The notes under the pieces were generated by a model. It had not been told where the DNA came from, searched no databases, and saw nothing but the letters and a program-made list of their open reading frames with translations. Shown here piece after piece: positions 17,365 to 26,776 of a DNA stretch of 64,000 nt (the first letter of the stretch is position 1; the number at the start of each line of letters is the position of its first letter). Position numbers and translations under genes: made by a program. The DNA is taken from IMG/VR virus record IMGVR_UViG_3300037245_002365; one strand, written 5' to 3'. The stretch is from a virus. Taxonomy: Duplodnaviria > Heunggongvirae > Uroviricota > Caudoviricetes.

Positions 17365-17404
17365 GGCAGGACATATTTAAACTAAAGTATGTCTTGCCTT
17401 TTGA
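17365..17404 (+). terminator. Intrinsic terminator overlapping the -35 box of the next promoter
   Basis: ggcaggacata/tatgtcttgcc stem followed by tttt; TTGCCT(17394)-17-TATATT(17417), 5 nt to ATG 17428. Confidence 0.7.
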
Positions 17405-17427
17405 TTTAAGAATGTTTATATTTAAAC

Positions 17428-17925
17428 ATGAGACAAAGAACAAGCCCAATATGGGCAATATCAAAAGAAGAACTAACTAAAGTTGTTAATGAAGAAACAT
17501 CACTTACTGGCGTATTAAGACATTTTGGTTTAGTTAATAAGGGCCGCAATAGCCATACACTAAAAAAACGTTTAGAAGAAGACAATATAGATTATTCACA
17601 CATTAAATTAGGCCTAGCTTCTAATAAAGGAAGAGGTTTTCCAAATAGAATAAAAACCCCATTAGAAGAAATATTGGTAAAAAAGTCATCATTTAATAGA
17701 TGTCATCTAAAAAAACGTCTTCTATCAGACAAACTGTTAAAAAATATATGTTATAAATGTGGTCAATTGCCTATTTGGGATAATGCCCTATTAGTGCTTC
17801 AGTTAGACCATATAAATGGTATTCCTGATGATAATAGAATAGAAAATTTACAAATGTTGTGTCCCAATTGTCACTCACAAACATCCACTTTTGCTGGTAA
17901 AAATACTAGATCAGGGATCGTCTAA
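17428..17925 (+). CDS. HNH endonuclease (stop codon lies inside tRNA-Gln)
   Basis: CYKC...LQLDHINGI..DNRIENLQMLCPNCHSQT. Confidence 0.9.
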   Translation: MRQRTSPIWAISKEELTKVVNEETSLTGVLRHFGLVNKGRNSHTLKKRLEEDNIDYSHIKLGLASNKGRGFPNRIKTPLEEILVKKSSFNRCHLKKRLLSDKLLKNICYKCGQLPIWDNALLVLQLDHINGIPDDNRIENLQMLCPNCHSQTSTFAGKNTRSGIV

Positions 17926-17981
17926 CGGCAGGACATCACGCTTTGACCGTGACGATGGTGGTTCGAATCCGCCTCCCTGAA
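17911..17981 (+). tRNA. tRNA-Gln(UUG)
   Basis: U1-A72, tcacg-ctTTGac-cgtga, T-loop ttcgaat. Confidence 0.92.
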
Positions 17982-18085
17982 CGAGGAAAAAATAAATGGA
18001 AAAACTAAACCCAGGACTGGAACGATCCTTTTTTTACAATATGGGACATGCTAACAGGCCAGACCTAAAAAATAAAGAGAATACT

Positions 18086-18499
18086 ATGATAATAACAAAA
18101 ATGAAAGCAGATCGCATACAAGCGATGAAAGACGGCGACAAGACTGCCAAAAACTTGTTATCTACCTTAATAGGTATGTTAGAGAACAAGGCAAAAACTA
18201 CTGGAACAGGTATAACTGATATTATGGCTGTTCAAGCGTGCAAGAAAATACAAAACGCTAATAAGCTTACTATTGATAGTAATGCTCTCATCAATAATAG
18301 GGTGTTCCTTGAACTAGAAAATGAAATATTAGAAAAGTACATACCGTACCAATTACCTGAAGAAAAAATTCGTGAAATCATAACAACATTCGATGACACC
18401 AACATAGGTGTTGTAATGAAATATTTTAAGGAGAATTATGATGGCCAAGTCGATAATAAACTGGTTTCTCAAATCGCACAAGAAACTATAACCAAATAA
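18086..18499 (+). CDS. GatB/YqeY domain protein
   Basis: K.D.I.AMK.GDK....LL..L, E.EIL.KY+P.QL.EE.I; likely ATG 18086. Confidence 0.8.
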   Translation: MIITKMKADRIQAMKDGDKTAKNLLSTLIGMLENKAKTTGTGITDIMAVQACKKIQNANKLTIDSNALINNRVFLELENEILEKYIPYQLPEEKIREIITTFDDTNIGVVMKYFKENYDGQVDNKLVSQIAQETITK

Positions 18500-18503
18500 A
18501 AAA

Positions 18504-18746
18504 ATGAACGAACATGTAAGTGTCATTGGCACTTGTCTTGACCCCTACTCAGCTATCATCTATAACTATAAGATTGACCACGGTCAGGATCTTTTAATGT
18601 TTATGAATGGGCAACTAATTAATCCAAAAGCTTTTTCTGGAATTAATGCAGACCAAGGACTTGTAATTAGGCTAGATGTAAAAGACATCCTTCTTGAACC
18701 AGATGATGAATTAGTATTTTGGGGTCCTTTACAAAGCACTTTATAG
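18504..18746 (+). CDS. Hypothetical protein
   Basis: 80-aa ORF. Confidence 0.5.
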   Translation: MNEHVSVIGTCLDPYSAIIYNYKIDHGQDLLMFMNGQLINPKAFSGINADQGLVIRLDVKDILLEPDDELVFWGPLQSTL

Positions 18747-18751
18747 ACTTT

Positions 18752-18995
18752 GGGCGGCACCGCATTCGGTGGTACTGGTGATAGACAACATCGCTGAAGG
18801 GAGTTAACACCCCTCAGCCTAGTATGTCAGTTAGTGGAGCTTTTGACGACACAATATGGTGTGCCAAATCTGGTAAAACTAGCGGTAGTGAAAATTTGCT
18901 GTGAGTTGTATGTGGGTCTACCATATGTTGCATACATCAGCAGACTTGATGAAGCTGCTAAATAGAGGATGGGGGCTCGATACCTCCTCCGCCCG
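18752..18995 (+). ncRNA. tRNA-ended multi-hairpin RNA candidate (244 nt)
   Basis: gggcgg/ccgccc acceptor-like stem, T-arm ggggg-ctcgata-cctcc, at least 7 internal hairpins, followed by CAA like the tRNAs. Confidence 0.6.
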
Positions 18996-19000
18996 CAAAA

Positions 19001-19369
19001 TTGGAGACAGAAATGAAAAAAAAGAAACTATATGGACTATTTACTTATGATACTAATGGCTTTTTAGTAGGCTTTGTAGAAAATAGTTTTTCTATGTCTT
19101 GGAGAAAAGATAGAGTATGCGTTTTTAGTTCACAATCCGCAGAATATTATTTGAAAAAATATGTTAAACAAGGCGCTTTTATAGTCAGGTTAACTAAACA
19201 AAATAAATCGATACCTATTAAAGTATTCATTAAAGAATGGGCTGGTCAACATAAACCGCCTTATGGAAAAAAGTTTGATAGACGAAATATACGCTTTGCA
19301 TTAATTAAACAGAAAGATCATAATGGAAAAACCCCCGACAGCAGCACAGTTTCTCAAGAAACTAAGTGA
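19001..19369 (+). CDS. Hypothetical basic protein
   Basis: 122-aa ORF (ATG probably 19013). Confidence 0.55.
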   Translation: METEMKKKKLYGLFTYDTNGFLVGFVENSFSMSWRKDRVCVFSSQSAEYYLKKYVKQGAFIVRLTKQNKSIPIKVFIKEWAGQHKPPYGKKFDRRNIRFALIKQKDHNGKTPDSSTVSQETK

Positions 19370-19553
19370 TCATTGTGGTGGCTTTAGGAGTCGTGAACGG
19401 TCAGGAATCGTCACTAATTCTGAATTAAAACGTTGGTGCGAGCGTCGTTCTGTAATAATGAATGGCGAACCCGTTGAACCGAGAGAATTGATTGATTTTG
19501 AAATTTGGTCACTAGTACTCTTCCCGAAGGGAAGAAGAGTGACATTAATTTAA
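19323..19553 (+). CDS. Hypothetical protein (S4-like RNA-binding resemblance)
   Basis: SNSELKRWCE..SV.MNGE.V pattern. Confidence 0.4.
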   Translation: MEKPPTAAQFLKKLSDHCGGFRSRERSGIVTNSELKRWCERRSVIMNGEPVEPRELIDFEIWSLVLFPKGRRVTLI

Positions 19554-19565
19554 GAAAGAAAAAAC

Positions 19566-19883
19566 ATGAAAAAGTTATTGATACTATTAATAATAGTATT
19601 ACTTATTAGTTGTTGTGGAACTCAGGAAATTCTGGTAGAAGCTAGAATAACTGAAACAAGACAACTACATAAGGAGCCCCATTCAGATGGTGCATGTGCA
19701 CACTACAGATATTTTTATGAGTTAGTGGAGTTTCCTCTACATAATGGTCGTAAGGATCGAAATCACGTTTACCATTCCGTAAAATCAGAGGGCGACACAA
19801 TACTCGTTAAAATATATAAAAACGAGTTAGAAGATTTAATAAACTTGTATGCAAAAAAGAACTCAGAGGAACATTACGAATGA
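19566..19883 (+). CDS. Lipoprotein-like protein, paralog A
   Basis: Hydrophobic leader ending LISCC; ILVEARIT...YFYELV shared with next gene. Confidence 0.65.
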   Translation: MKKLLILLIIVLLISCCGTQEILVEARITETRQLHKEPHSDGACAHYRYFYELVEFPLHNGRKDRNHVYHSVKSEGDTILVKIYKNELEDLINLYAKKNSEEHYE

Positions 19884-20164
19884 GATATCCGATAATAGCT
19901 TTGTTTCTACTAGTGTTATTGAGTTGTTGTGATAGCACCATTTTGGTAGAGGCACGGATAACAAGAATAGAAAAGAAAATACATACTGGGAATTGCCCAC
20001 ATGCTAACTATTTTTATGAACTTGTAAAATATCCAACCTACATTGGTTTTGAAAAACTCATAGTAGAGAATAATCTAACACTTGCAGTTAATGATACAAC
20101 GCTTATGAGAATACAGAAATGGAAAATAGAAGATTTAATGAATCTATATCCAGAAAAGGAATAA
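19880..20164 (+). CDS. Lipoprotein-like protein, paralog B
   Basis: LLSCC, ILVEARIT, YFYELV, EDL.NLY shared with previous gene. Confidence 0.65.
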   Translation: MRYPIIALFLLVLLSCCDSTILVEARITRIEKKIHTGNCPHANYFYELVKYPTYIGFEKLIVENNLTLAVNDTTLMRIQKWKIEDLMNLYPEKE

Positions 20165-20165
20165 T

Positions 20166-21200
20166 ATGACACATAATTACGCTATCTTTATAGGAAGGTT
20201 TCAACCTTTCCATAATGGACATCTCAAAGTAGTTATTGAAGCATTGAAAATAGCCTCAAAACTATTAATATTTGTAGGTAGCCCAAACCGTGCACGTACT
20301 ATCAAAGACCCATGGACTTACAAAGAGCGGGCTATGCAAATAACCGCAGCACTTTTGGACTTGGATGAAAATATCTTTGATAGAGTCAGAATAGTACCTA
20401 TAAAAGATATTATGTATGACAATAAAGAGTGGTTAAGCAGACTAGAAAATCAAGTTGACCTTGTTGCTGATATAGGAACATCAAAAGTATTAGTCGGGCA
20501 TGACAAGGACGAGAGTTCTTGGTATCTCAAACATTTTCCAACTTGGAAAACCCATGAGGTCGAGAACTTTGATAATATTGACGCAATAAAAATAAGAGAC
20601 TTCTTATTTCATAATGCCCTCAATTGGGAAAAACTGGTACCACCAGTTAATAAGTCTCTTCTTCAAGCCAACGCCAAAAAAGAATGGTTTCGTATATTAA
20701 GTGATGAAAATGAAGAAGTACGTAACTACAAAGATGAATGGAGTGAATCTCCTTATCCACCAACATTAGTTACCGCTGATTCCATAGTCGAATTTAATGA
20801 TAAAGTACTTATTGTTAAAAGAGGCGGAAGCATAGGTAATGGTAAGTTTGCACTTCCTGGGGGCTTTGTTGATGGAAACGAGTTGCTGCTTAATACAGCA
20901 CTTCGTGAACTTTTTGAAGAGACCTCTGTAAATGTCAGCAGTGAGCAACTAATAAATCATTTAGATAGTGTGCATGTTTATGATCATCCATACCGTTCGG
21001 TTCTTGGAAGAGTTATAACTCATGTACATCATTTTTCATTAGTTGGTCTTGAGTCGGATGGAAAAGATGATCTCGAAGTAAGACCGGGGGACGACGCTAT
21101 AGAGTGTGGTTGGTATCCACTGAATGAAATCAGAGATACCTTTGAACCTCTAATGTTTGATGATCATTATTACATCCTTAAACAAACGTTTGGGTGGTAA
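20166..21200 (+). CDS. Bifunctional NMN/NaMN adenylyltransferase - Nudix (ADP-ribose pyrophosphatase), NadM-Nudix type
   Basis: FIGRFQPFHNGH, VGHDKD.SSWYL..FP, ALPGGFVD.NE....ALRELFEET Nudix box, GDDA. Confidence 0.92.
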   Translation: MTHNYAIFIGRFQPFHNGHLKVVIEALKIASKLLIFVGSPNRARTIKDPWTYKERAMQITAALLDLDENIFDRVRIVPIKDIMYDNKEWLSRLENQVDLVADIGTSKVLVGHDKDESSWYLKHFPTWKTHEVENFDNIDAIKIRDFLFHNALNWEKLVPPVNKSLLQANAKKEWFRILSDENEEVRNYKDEWSESPYPPTLVTADSIVEFNDKVLIVKRGGSIGNGKFALPGGFVDGNELLLNTALRELFEETSVNVSSEQLINHLDSVHVYDHPYRSVLGRVITHVHHFSLVGLESDGKDDLEVRPGDDAIECGWYPLNEIRDTFEPLMFDDHYYILKQTFGW

Positions 21201-21201
21201 T

Positions 21202-21822
21202 ATGTTTACTAGCGGAACAGTATTTGAGGAAATAGGTGATTTACACCAATTATCTGACGATGTAATAAAAAATGAACCAATGTTAGACGCAGCAAGCAGG
21301 GCTTTCGTATTAAAGTACGGAGGCCCTGTGGTCAAAAACTTTTTAAAGGCTCTGCCCGAAGACTGGATTGACACACCAATCATAGTTGATACCAGGGTTC
21401 AGTACCTGAAGCCTGGAATGTACCCAAAAGTACCCGGCTGGCATTTAACAGACGTGCCTCGCACGTCTAAGTATGGACAACCTGAAGTTCTTGAGCCACG
21501 TTACAAAAGTGAGCACGTAATTTGTGTTACAGGGGCAACGTCTTTTCCAGAATTTTTGGTACAAGAAGTAAACATAGAGTTACCACCTTACAGTATAAAT
21601 ATTTATGATTCGTTCGACGAACAATTAAACTCTCTTGACGACAAGAGAGTTCAAATAGCTATGGATGGTCGTATATACAGATATGATTGGAATACAGTAT
21701 GTAGAAGCGTCCCTGCCAACGCAAGCGGGTGGAGACTGTATTTACACGCCAGTAGATACACCGAGAGAGATATTATAAATAATACTAAGAAGCAAGTACA
21801 AGTTTATTTGCCAATTAAATAA
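21202..21822 (+). CDS. Hypothetical protein, possibly a degenerate 2OG-Fe(II) oxygenase-like fold
   Basis: VDTRV..L.PG.YP..PGWH..DVPR motif; metal ligands look altered. Confidence 0.35.
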   Translation: MFTSGTVFEEIGDLHQLSDDVIKNEPMLDAASRAFVLKYGGPVVKNFLKALPEDWIDTPIIVDTRVQYLKPGMYPKVPGWHLTDVPRTSKYGQPEVLEPRYKSEHVICVTGATSFPEFLVQEVNIELPPYSINIYDSFDEQLNSLDDKRVQIAMDGRIYRYDWNTVCRSVPANASGWRLYLHASRYTERDIINNTKKQVQVYLPIK

Positions 21823-21836
21823 CGGATAAAAGAAAG

Positions 21837-22883
21837 ATGCAGTTTACTAAATATAGTGGCATTGAGAATTCATACAGAGAGAAATTTTTACAATTCATTC
21901 AGTATAGAGGTTTGGCTGATCCAGCAATTCTTTGGCACGCTACAGAAAAGGTTCACGGAGCAAACTTTGCTCTATACTACGATGGTGAAACGCTAGAAGC
22001 GGCAAAACGTAGTGGCTTCATTAGAGGCCAAGAAATAGAAAACTTCTTTCATTCTGATGTTATTATTGATGATATTAGAGATAGAATTATCGAATTAGCT
22101 AACGAGGTACTCGCTGACAACGAAGGTGTTGTTACGGTTGCAGTATGTGGAGAACTGTTTGGTGGGATTTACCCACACAAGGACGTTCCAAACAATAACG
22201 CTGCGAAAAAAGTACAAAAGGAAGTTTTTTATAGCCCTAATTTACATTTTTATGGATTTGACATCAGACTGTTTACAGAAGATGGCGAGTCTACATTTAT
22301 GGAACTGAACAAGGCATATGCCTTGTTTGAAAAATACGATATTTTTTACTCAATGCCGAAACTTTCTGGCACTTTAAAAGAGTGTTTAGAATGTGGCTGT
22401 GAGTTTCAGACAACAATCCCAGCGAGACTCGGACTGCCTGAAATAGAGGACAACATCTGCGAAGGTCTTGTTCTGTCACCAAACTTACCAATGTTCCTGC
22501 CAAGCGGATCAAGAGTTATTCTTAAGAATAAGAATGCGAAACACTCTGAGAAAGCTAGCGGGAAAAGCGGTGAAAAGAAAGAACTAGTACAAATCTCAAT
22601 GAGTGACGAAGGCAAAGCAATTTACGAAGAGCTTGAAGCCTGTGTCACAGAAAATAGGTTACGCAATGTGTTATCACATATTGGCGAAGTAACCTTCAGA
22701 GATTTTGGCAAAATTCTTGGTGCCTTCTCACAAGACGTTAGAGAAGAAATTTTAAAAGATAAAAAAGAAGAATACGATGCTCTGGAGAAACCAGAGCAAA
22801 AGATCATCAACAAATGGGTTAATGGTAAATGCTCTGAATTAATCAGAGATAACTTAGCAAATATTGTTGATGGCATGTTTTAA
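21837..22883 (+). CDS. RNA ligase, Rnl2 family
   Basis: YSGIENSY, EKVHGANF (motif I), GELFGG, FYGFDI, EGLVL, LKNKN. Confidence 0.88.
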   Translation: MQFTKYSGIENSYREKFLQFIQYRGLADPAILWHATEKVHGANFALYYDGETLEAAKRSGFIRGQEIENFFHSDVIIDDIRDRIIELANEVLADNEGVVTVAVCGELFGGIYPHKDVPNNNAAKKVQKEVFYSPNLHFYGFDIRLFTEDGESTFMELNKAYALFEKYDIFYSMPKLSGTLKECLECGCEFQTTIPARLGLPEIEDNICEGLVLSPNLPMFLPSGSRVILKNKNAKHSEKASGKSGEKKELVQISMSDEGKAIYEELEACVTENRLRNVLSHIGEVTFRDFGKILGAFSQDVREEILKDKKEEYDALEKPEQKIINKWVNGKCSELIRDNLANIVDGMF

Positions 22884-22900
22884 CTAAAAGGACAAGGATA

Positions 22901-23185
22901 ATGTACGCGTATAGATACAAACACTATAGGAGTAACCACGAAAGGTTCACAGATTTATTAGATGACCTAGCAGCCACTGGTGCCACACTTCCAAATAAAA
23001 TTCAAGCAATAACTGTTTGTGTTATGGAAGAAGTAGGTACTCAGCGTCAGCTTGGTGTAGGAGCTGCTTTCTGCAGCGATAAAGATCAGTTTAGCAAGCG
23101 AAAAGGACGGCAACTAGCCAGAGATAGAGCTATGCATAACAGAGCATTTCGAGAGATGGTTGCAGAAACAACCGAAAATGAATAA
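22901..23185 (+). CDS. Hypothetical phage protein
   Basis: G.AFCS.KDQFSKR.GR.LA..RA motif. Confidence 0.6.
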   Translation: MYAYRYKHYRSNHERFTDLLDDLAATGATLPNKIQAITVCVMEEVGTQRQLGVGAAFCSDKDQFSKRKGRQLARDRAMHNRAFREMVAETTENE

Positions 23186-24107
23186 ACTTTATATATATTC
23201 TGGTATACCAGCTAGCGGCAAAAGTACCGCAGCAATAAAATTGCAAAATACACAGCGTGGAAAGTTGAAAAGAGTAAATAGGGATTCCCTTAGACTCATG
23301 CTCGATGCGAATGAATGGTCGCCAAAAAACGAGAAACTCGTTAAATCGACCAGAGATTTTATAATCGAGCAAAGCCTCAAAAGAGGTTATGATGTCGTCT
23401 GTGATGACACCAACTTGAGCGCGAAAAATAATAATGGTCTTCTTGCGATAGCGAGGAGAGTAGGGGATATACAAGTTATAAACAAGTTCTTCCCCATCGA
23501 TCTCAAAACCGCTCTTAAGCGGAATGAAGATCGTGAAGATAAAGTAGGTAAAGACGTAGTTACAAATTTCTATAACAAGTACATTAAAGGTGGAAAATTT
23601 AAACCATTTGACACCCAATACTTCCCAATAGTTGTGAATACGTCTGACACTTTATTGCCATATGATCCCGATTTGCCAGACTGTATCATCTGTGATATAG
23701 ACGGCACTTTAGCACATATGACGGACAGAAGTCCGTATGACGGAGAAGCGTGTGCATCTGATGTATTAGATATGGCGGTATCAAATGTACTGCAAACATA
23801 CAAGATGGCATATGCTGATTTGACAGAGGAACTTAGACCAAAGATATTTTTATTCTCTGGTCGTAACGGTGAGTCTGAACCACAAACGCGGAATTGGCTG
23901 AAAGCCAACCATGTTCCGTTCGATGAATTGCATATGAGGAAGCCAGGAGATATGAGAAAAGACAGCGTCATTAAAGGTGAACTGCTTGATAAACATATTA
24001 TTGGTAAATATAATGTGATATTTTGTCTAGATGATAGAGACCAAATGATACATTATTACCGTGATAAGGGATTAAAGGTTTTTCAAGTTGCTTATGGCGA
24101 CTTTTAG
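23178..24107 (+). CDS. Polynucleotide 5'-kinase/3'-phosphatase (T4 PseT-like)
   Basis: GIPASGKST, VNRDSLR, DDTN, then HAD DIDGT, FSGR, DDR.Q. Confidence 0.92.
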   Translation: MNKLYIYSGIPASGKSTAAIKLQNTQRGKLKRVNRDSLRLMLDANEWSPKNEKLVKSTRDFIIEQSLKRGYDVVCDDTNLSAKNNNGLLAIARRVGDIQVINKFFPIDLKTALKRNEDREDKVGKDVVTNFYNKYIKGGKFKPFDTQYFPIVVNTSDTLLPYDPDLPDCIICDIDGTLAHMTDRSPYDGEACASDVLDMAVSNVLQTYKMAYADLTEELRPKIFLFSGRNGESEPQTRNWLKANHVPFDELHMRKPGDMRKDSVIKGELLDKHIIGKYNVIFCLDDRDQMIHYYRDKGLKVFQVAYGDF

Positions 24108-24157
24108 CCAATAAATATTTTACTTGACTATCATCTAAACAAACCATATATTCAAAT

Positions 24158-24853
24158 ATGAATGATAAACAAAAAGATGATATTAGAAAATATAATTCAG
24201 AAGGACACACCAATAGGGACATTGCCAGAAGACTTGGAGTGCATCATAACACTATTGCATATCAAATGAAAAAAATGGGGATATCTTCACCATTCTGTAA
24301 TCAACCAATTGATTTAGTTGGCGAGGATAAAGCCCGTTGTAGTAAGTGTAAAGAAATAAAAAATATAGATGAGTTCCAATTTGGTAGAAAAGGACAAAAA
24401 TATGAGTATAAGTTTTCATATTGCAATAAATGCCGAAAAACCCAAACATATAAAGCTTTAAATCAAAGCATTAAACAGTTTTTAAGAGACAAGTTTACTC
24501 GATTAAAAGCAAGAGCTAAAAAAAATAATATAGAAATCACAGTAGATGCTCAATATTTATTTGATTTGTATGACATACAAAACGGCTTATGTTTCTATAC
24601 TAATAGAGAAATGAAATGGGGTGTAGGTAAAGGGCGGCAAAAAAACCAAACTATTTCAATTGATAAAGTTATTCCCGTGTTAGGGTACATACCTGGGAAT
24701 ATTGTTCTTTGTGTAAATCAAGTTAATACAGTTAAAAACAACTTAACCCTAGAAGAAATAGAACAATGGTTACCGCCTTGGTATGAAAAGATAAAGAATC
24801 TTCCAGAGTTTGAACTATTAAAAGAGGCAAGCAATAATGAGAATGATAGCTAA
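24158..24853 (+). CDS. HTH plus Zn-finger homing-endonuclease-like protein, leaderless
   Basis: N-terminal HTH, CSKC...CNKC, Q.G.C.YT, SIDK..P..GY.PGNIVLC...N; TTGACT(24124)-17-TATATT(24147), 5 nt to ATG. Confidence 0.7.
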   Translation: MNDKQKDDIRKYNSEGHTNRDIARRLGVHHNTIAYQMKKMGISSPFCNQPIDLVGEDKARCSKCKEIKNIDEFQFGRKGQKYEYKFSYCNKCRKTQTYKALNQSIKQFLRDKFTRLKARAKKNNIEITVDAQYLFDLYDIQNGLCFYTNREMKWGVGKGRQKNQTISIDKVIPVLGYIPGNIVLCVNQVNTVKNNLTLEEIEQWLPPWYEKIKNLPEFELLKEASNNENDS

Positions 24854-25802
24854 AATATTGTTTGGGTCCCGCTTATATGGAACAAGCACGCCAGAATCGG
24901 ATACAGACTATAAAGCGATCTATTTACCTAGTATAGAAGATTGTATTCTACAAAAAGTAAAAAGATCAATAAACGAAGACACTAATAAAACCAGCGAACG
25001 TAATACTAAAGAAGATACTGACTTTGAGACTTGGTCACTACAGTACTTTTTAAAAATGGGTTTTGTTGGTGAAACGGCAATCTTAGATTTGATACATGCT
25101 CCAGATTCCTCCATTATTATATCTTCTCCTGAGTGGGAATTTATAAGGAAGAATCGAGCACGATTTTATTCAAAGAACGCAAGATCATATATTGGGTACG
25201 TTCGTAAGCAAGCCGCAAAATATGGGGTTAAAGGCTCAAGATTAGAAGAGGGTGAAAAAGTCCTCGCTTTTCTAAAAAACAATGAACCCTATATCAAACT
25301 AGCTGAACTCTGGGATGATTTGCCAACAGGTGAGCATATTAAAAAATATGACAATGAGGCAATTCAGGCAGATGACAAGCGAATTTACGACGTGTGTGGC
25401 ATCAAAATGATGGCTACACAAAAAGTAAGTTATATAGAAGGCTTGACTAACTTCGTAGAACGATATGGTCACAGAGCAAAATTAGCAAGAGATAACGAGG
25501 GGATCGATTGGAAAGCTGTTTCGCATGCATATAGGGCAAGCTATCAGTTGAAGGAAATCTATGAAACAGGAGATTTGATCTACCCCTTGAAGGACGCAGA
25601 GTTTCTTTTAAAGATGAAACTTGGAGGATTCCATTATAAAGATGATGGAATTGGAGAAAGATTAGACGAGCTAGTATCCGAGATGGAAGCACTAGCCGAC
25701 GCCAGTCCGTACCCAGACGAAGCCGATATGGACTTCTGGTATGACTGGTTATTACAATTATATGTGCCACTTAAGAGCAAAAAGCGCTGGTACATATTTT
25801 AA
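24837..25802 (+). CDS. Pol-beta superfamily nucleotidyltransferase
   Basis: LFGSRLYGTSTPESDTDY, QAAKYG.KG.R, DWKA.SHA.R. Confidence 0.8.
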   Translation: MRMIAKILFGSRLYGTSTPESDTDYKAIYLPSIEDCILQKVKRSINEDTNKTSERNTKEDTDFETWSLQYFLKMGFVGETAILDLIHAPDSSIIISSPEWEFIRKNRARFYSKNARSYIGYVRKQAAKYGVKGSRLEEGEKVLAFLKNNEPYIKLAELWDDLPTGEHIKKYDNEAIQADDKRIYDVCGIKMMATQKVSYIEGLTNFVERYGHRAKLARDNEGIDWKAVSHAYRASYQLKEIYETGDLIYPLKDAEFLLKMKLGGFHYKDDGIGERLDELVSEMEALADASPYPDEADMDFWYDWLLQLYVPLKSKKRWYIF

Positions 25803-25834
25803 ACAAAAACAAAAACAAGGAAATAATATATATT

Positions 25835-26185
25835 ATGAGAGTTACACATAACGAGGTAAAGACCTTCCCATCAGCACCGCAAACAATCACAGAAACAGAC
25901 GATACTTATGTTATCGAAGTTTCGGTAGCCGGTTATCAGCAAGAAGACATCTCCGTAGATGTTAAAGCAACCGAGCTACGGGTTAGCGGTAAACAACGTA
26001 AAGACGTTGCTAAGGGTGCTTTCACTCCTGGATTCACAAATACCTATGGTATTGACCCAGAAAATCCAGACATGGAAGTTGCAAATGCAGACGGCCGTTC
26101 TCTTTCACTAGAAAATGGTATTCTGACATTGGTTATGCCTAAACACGCTAGCTGTGTTGCTGAATCTATCGCATTTGATGCATAA
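25835..26185 (+). CDS. Hsp20/alpha-crystallin small heat-shock protein
   Basis: ETDD.Y.IE...AGY...DI.V, L...G, LENGILTL.MPK. Confidence 0.85.
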   Translation: MRVTHNEVKTFPSAPQTITETDDTYVIEVSVAGYQQEDISVDVKATELRVSGKQRKDVAKGAFTPGFTNTYGIDPENPDMEVANADGRSLSLENGILTLVMPKHASCVAESIAFDA

Positions 26186-26200
26186 ATTCGGTTAAGAATA

Positions 26201-26240
26201 TAGGACGGGCAGGCATCCATATGGGTGCCTGTCTTCTTAC
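26201..26240 (+). terminator. Intrinsic terminator
   Basis: ggcaggcatcc/gggtgcctgtc stem followed by ttctt. Confidence 0.65.
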
Positions 26241-26244
26241 TTTT

Positions 26245-26751
26245 ATGGCTATAATATCATTAATAGCAACCATAGACTCCGAGCGCGGAATAAGTAAAGA
26301 TGGAAAACCACCATGGGGATTACCCCAAACGATGGCAGGGATAAGAGACTTTGTCGTTGGCCAATCAATATTAATGGGTAGAAAAACTTACGAACTCTTC
26401 GGCGCTATTCCGGCATGTCGAAACTTTGTGTTATGTAGCAATGGTTTTTACCTTGCAACAGATGCAACAATTATTACATCGCCAGACCAAATTACTGATT
26501 TAATTGGTACTGATGACGATACAGAGATTTTTATTATCGGTGGTGCGACGCTGTACGCCCAAGCGATAGAAATGGCTGACAAACTATATTTAAATTGTAT
26601 AAATGGTACTTTCGATGCTGATCTATTCTTTCCTCAGATTAAGAGGGATGATTGGAGAACAGTAGAAAACATAGAGTGCCCAGCAAAAAATGAAGCAAAC
26701 TTCAGCAACACCTATATGACACTAGTTCATAATAGAGTGGATTTTATTTAA
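26245..26751 (+). CDS. Dihydrofolate reductase-like protein (divergent)
   Basis: GI.KDGK.PW, MGRKTYE, RNFVL, IIGGA.LY.Q, AD.FFP; start likely ATG 26245. Confidence 0.8.
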   Translation: MAIISLIATIDSERGISKDGKPPWGLPQTMAGIRDFVVGQSILMGRKTYELFGAIPACRNFVLCSNGFYLATDATIITSPDQITDLIGTDDDTEIFIIGGATLYAQAIEMADKLYLNCINGTFDADLFFPQIKRDDWRTVENIECPAKNEANFSNTYMTLVHNRVDFI

Positions 26752-26776
26752 TACAGCAAAATTGTAAAGAAAACAA

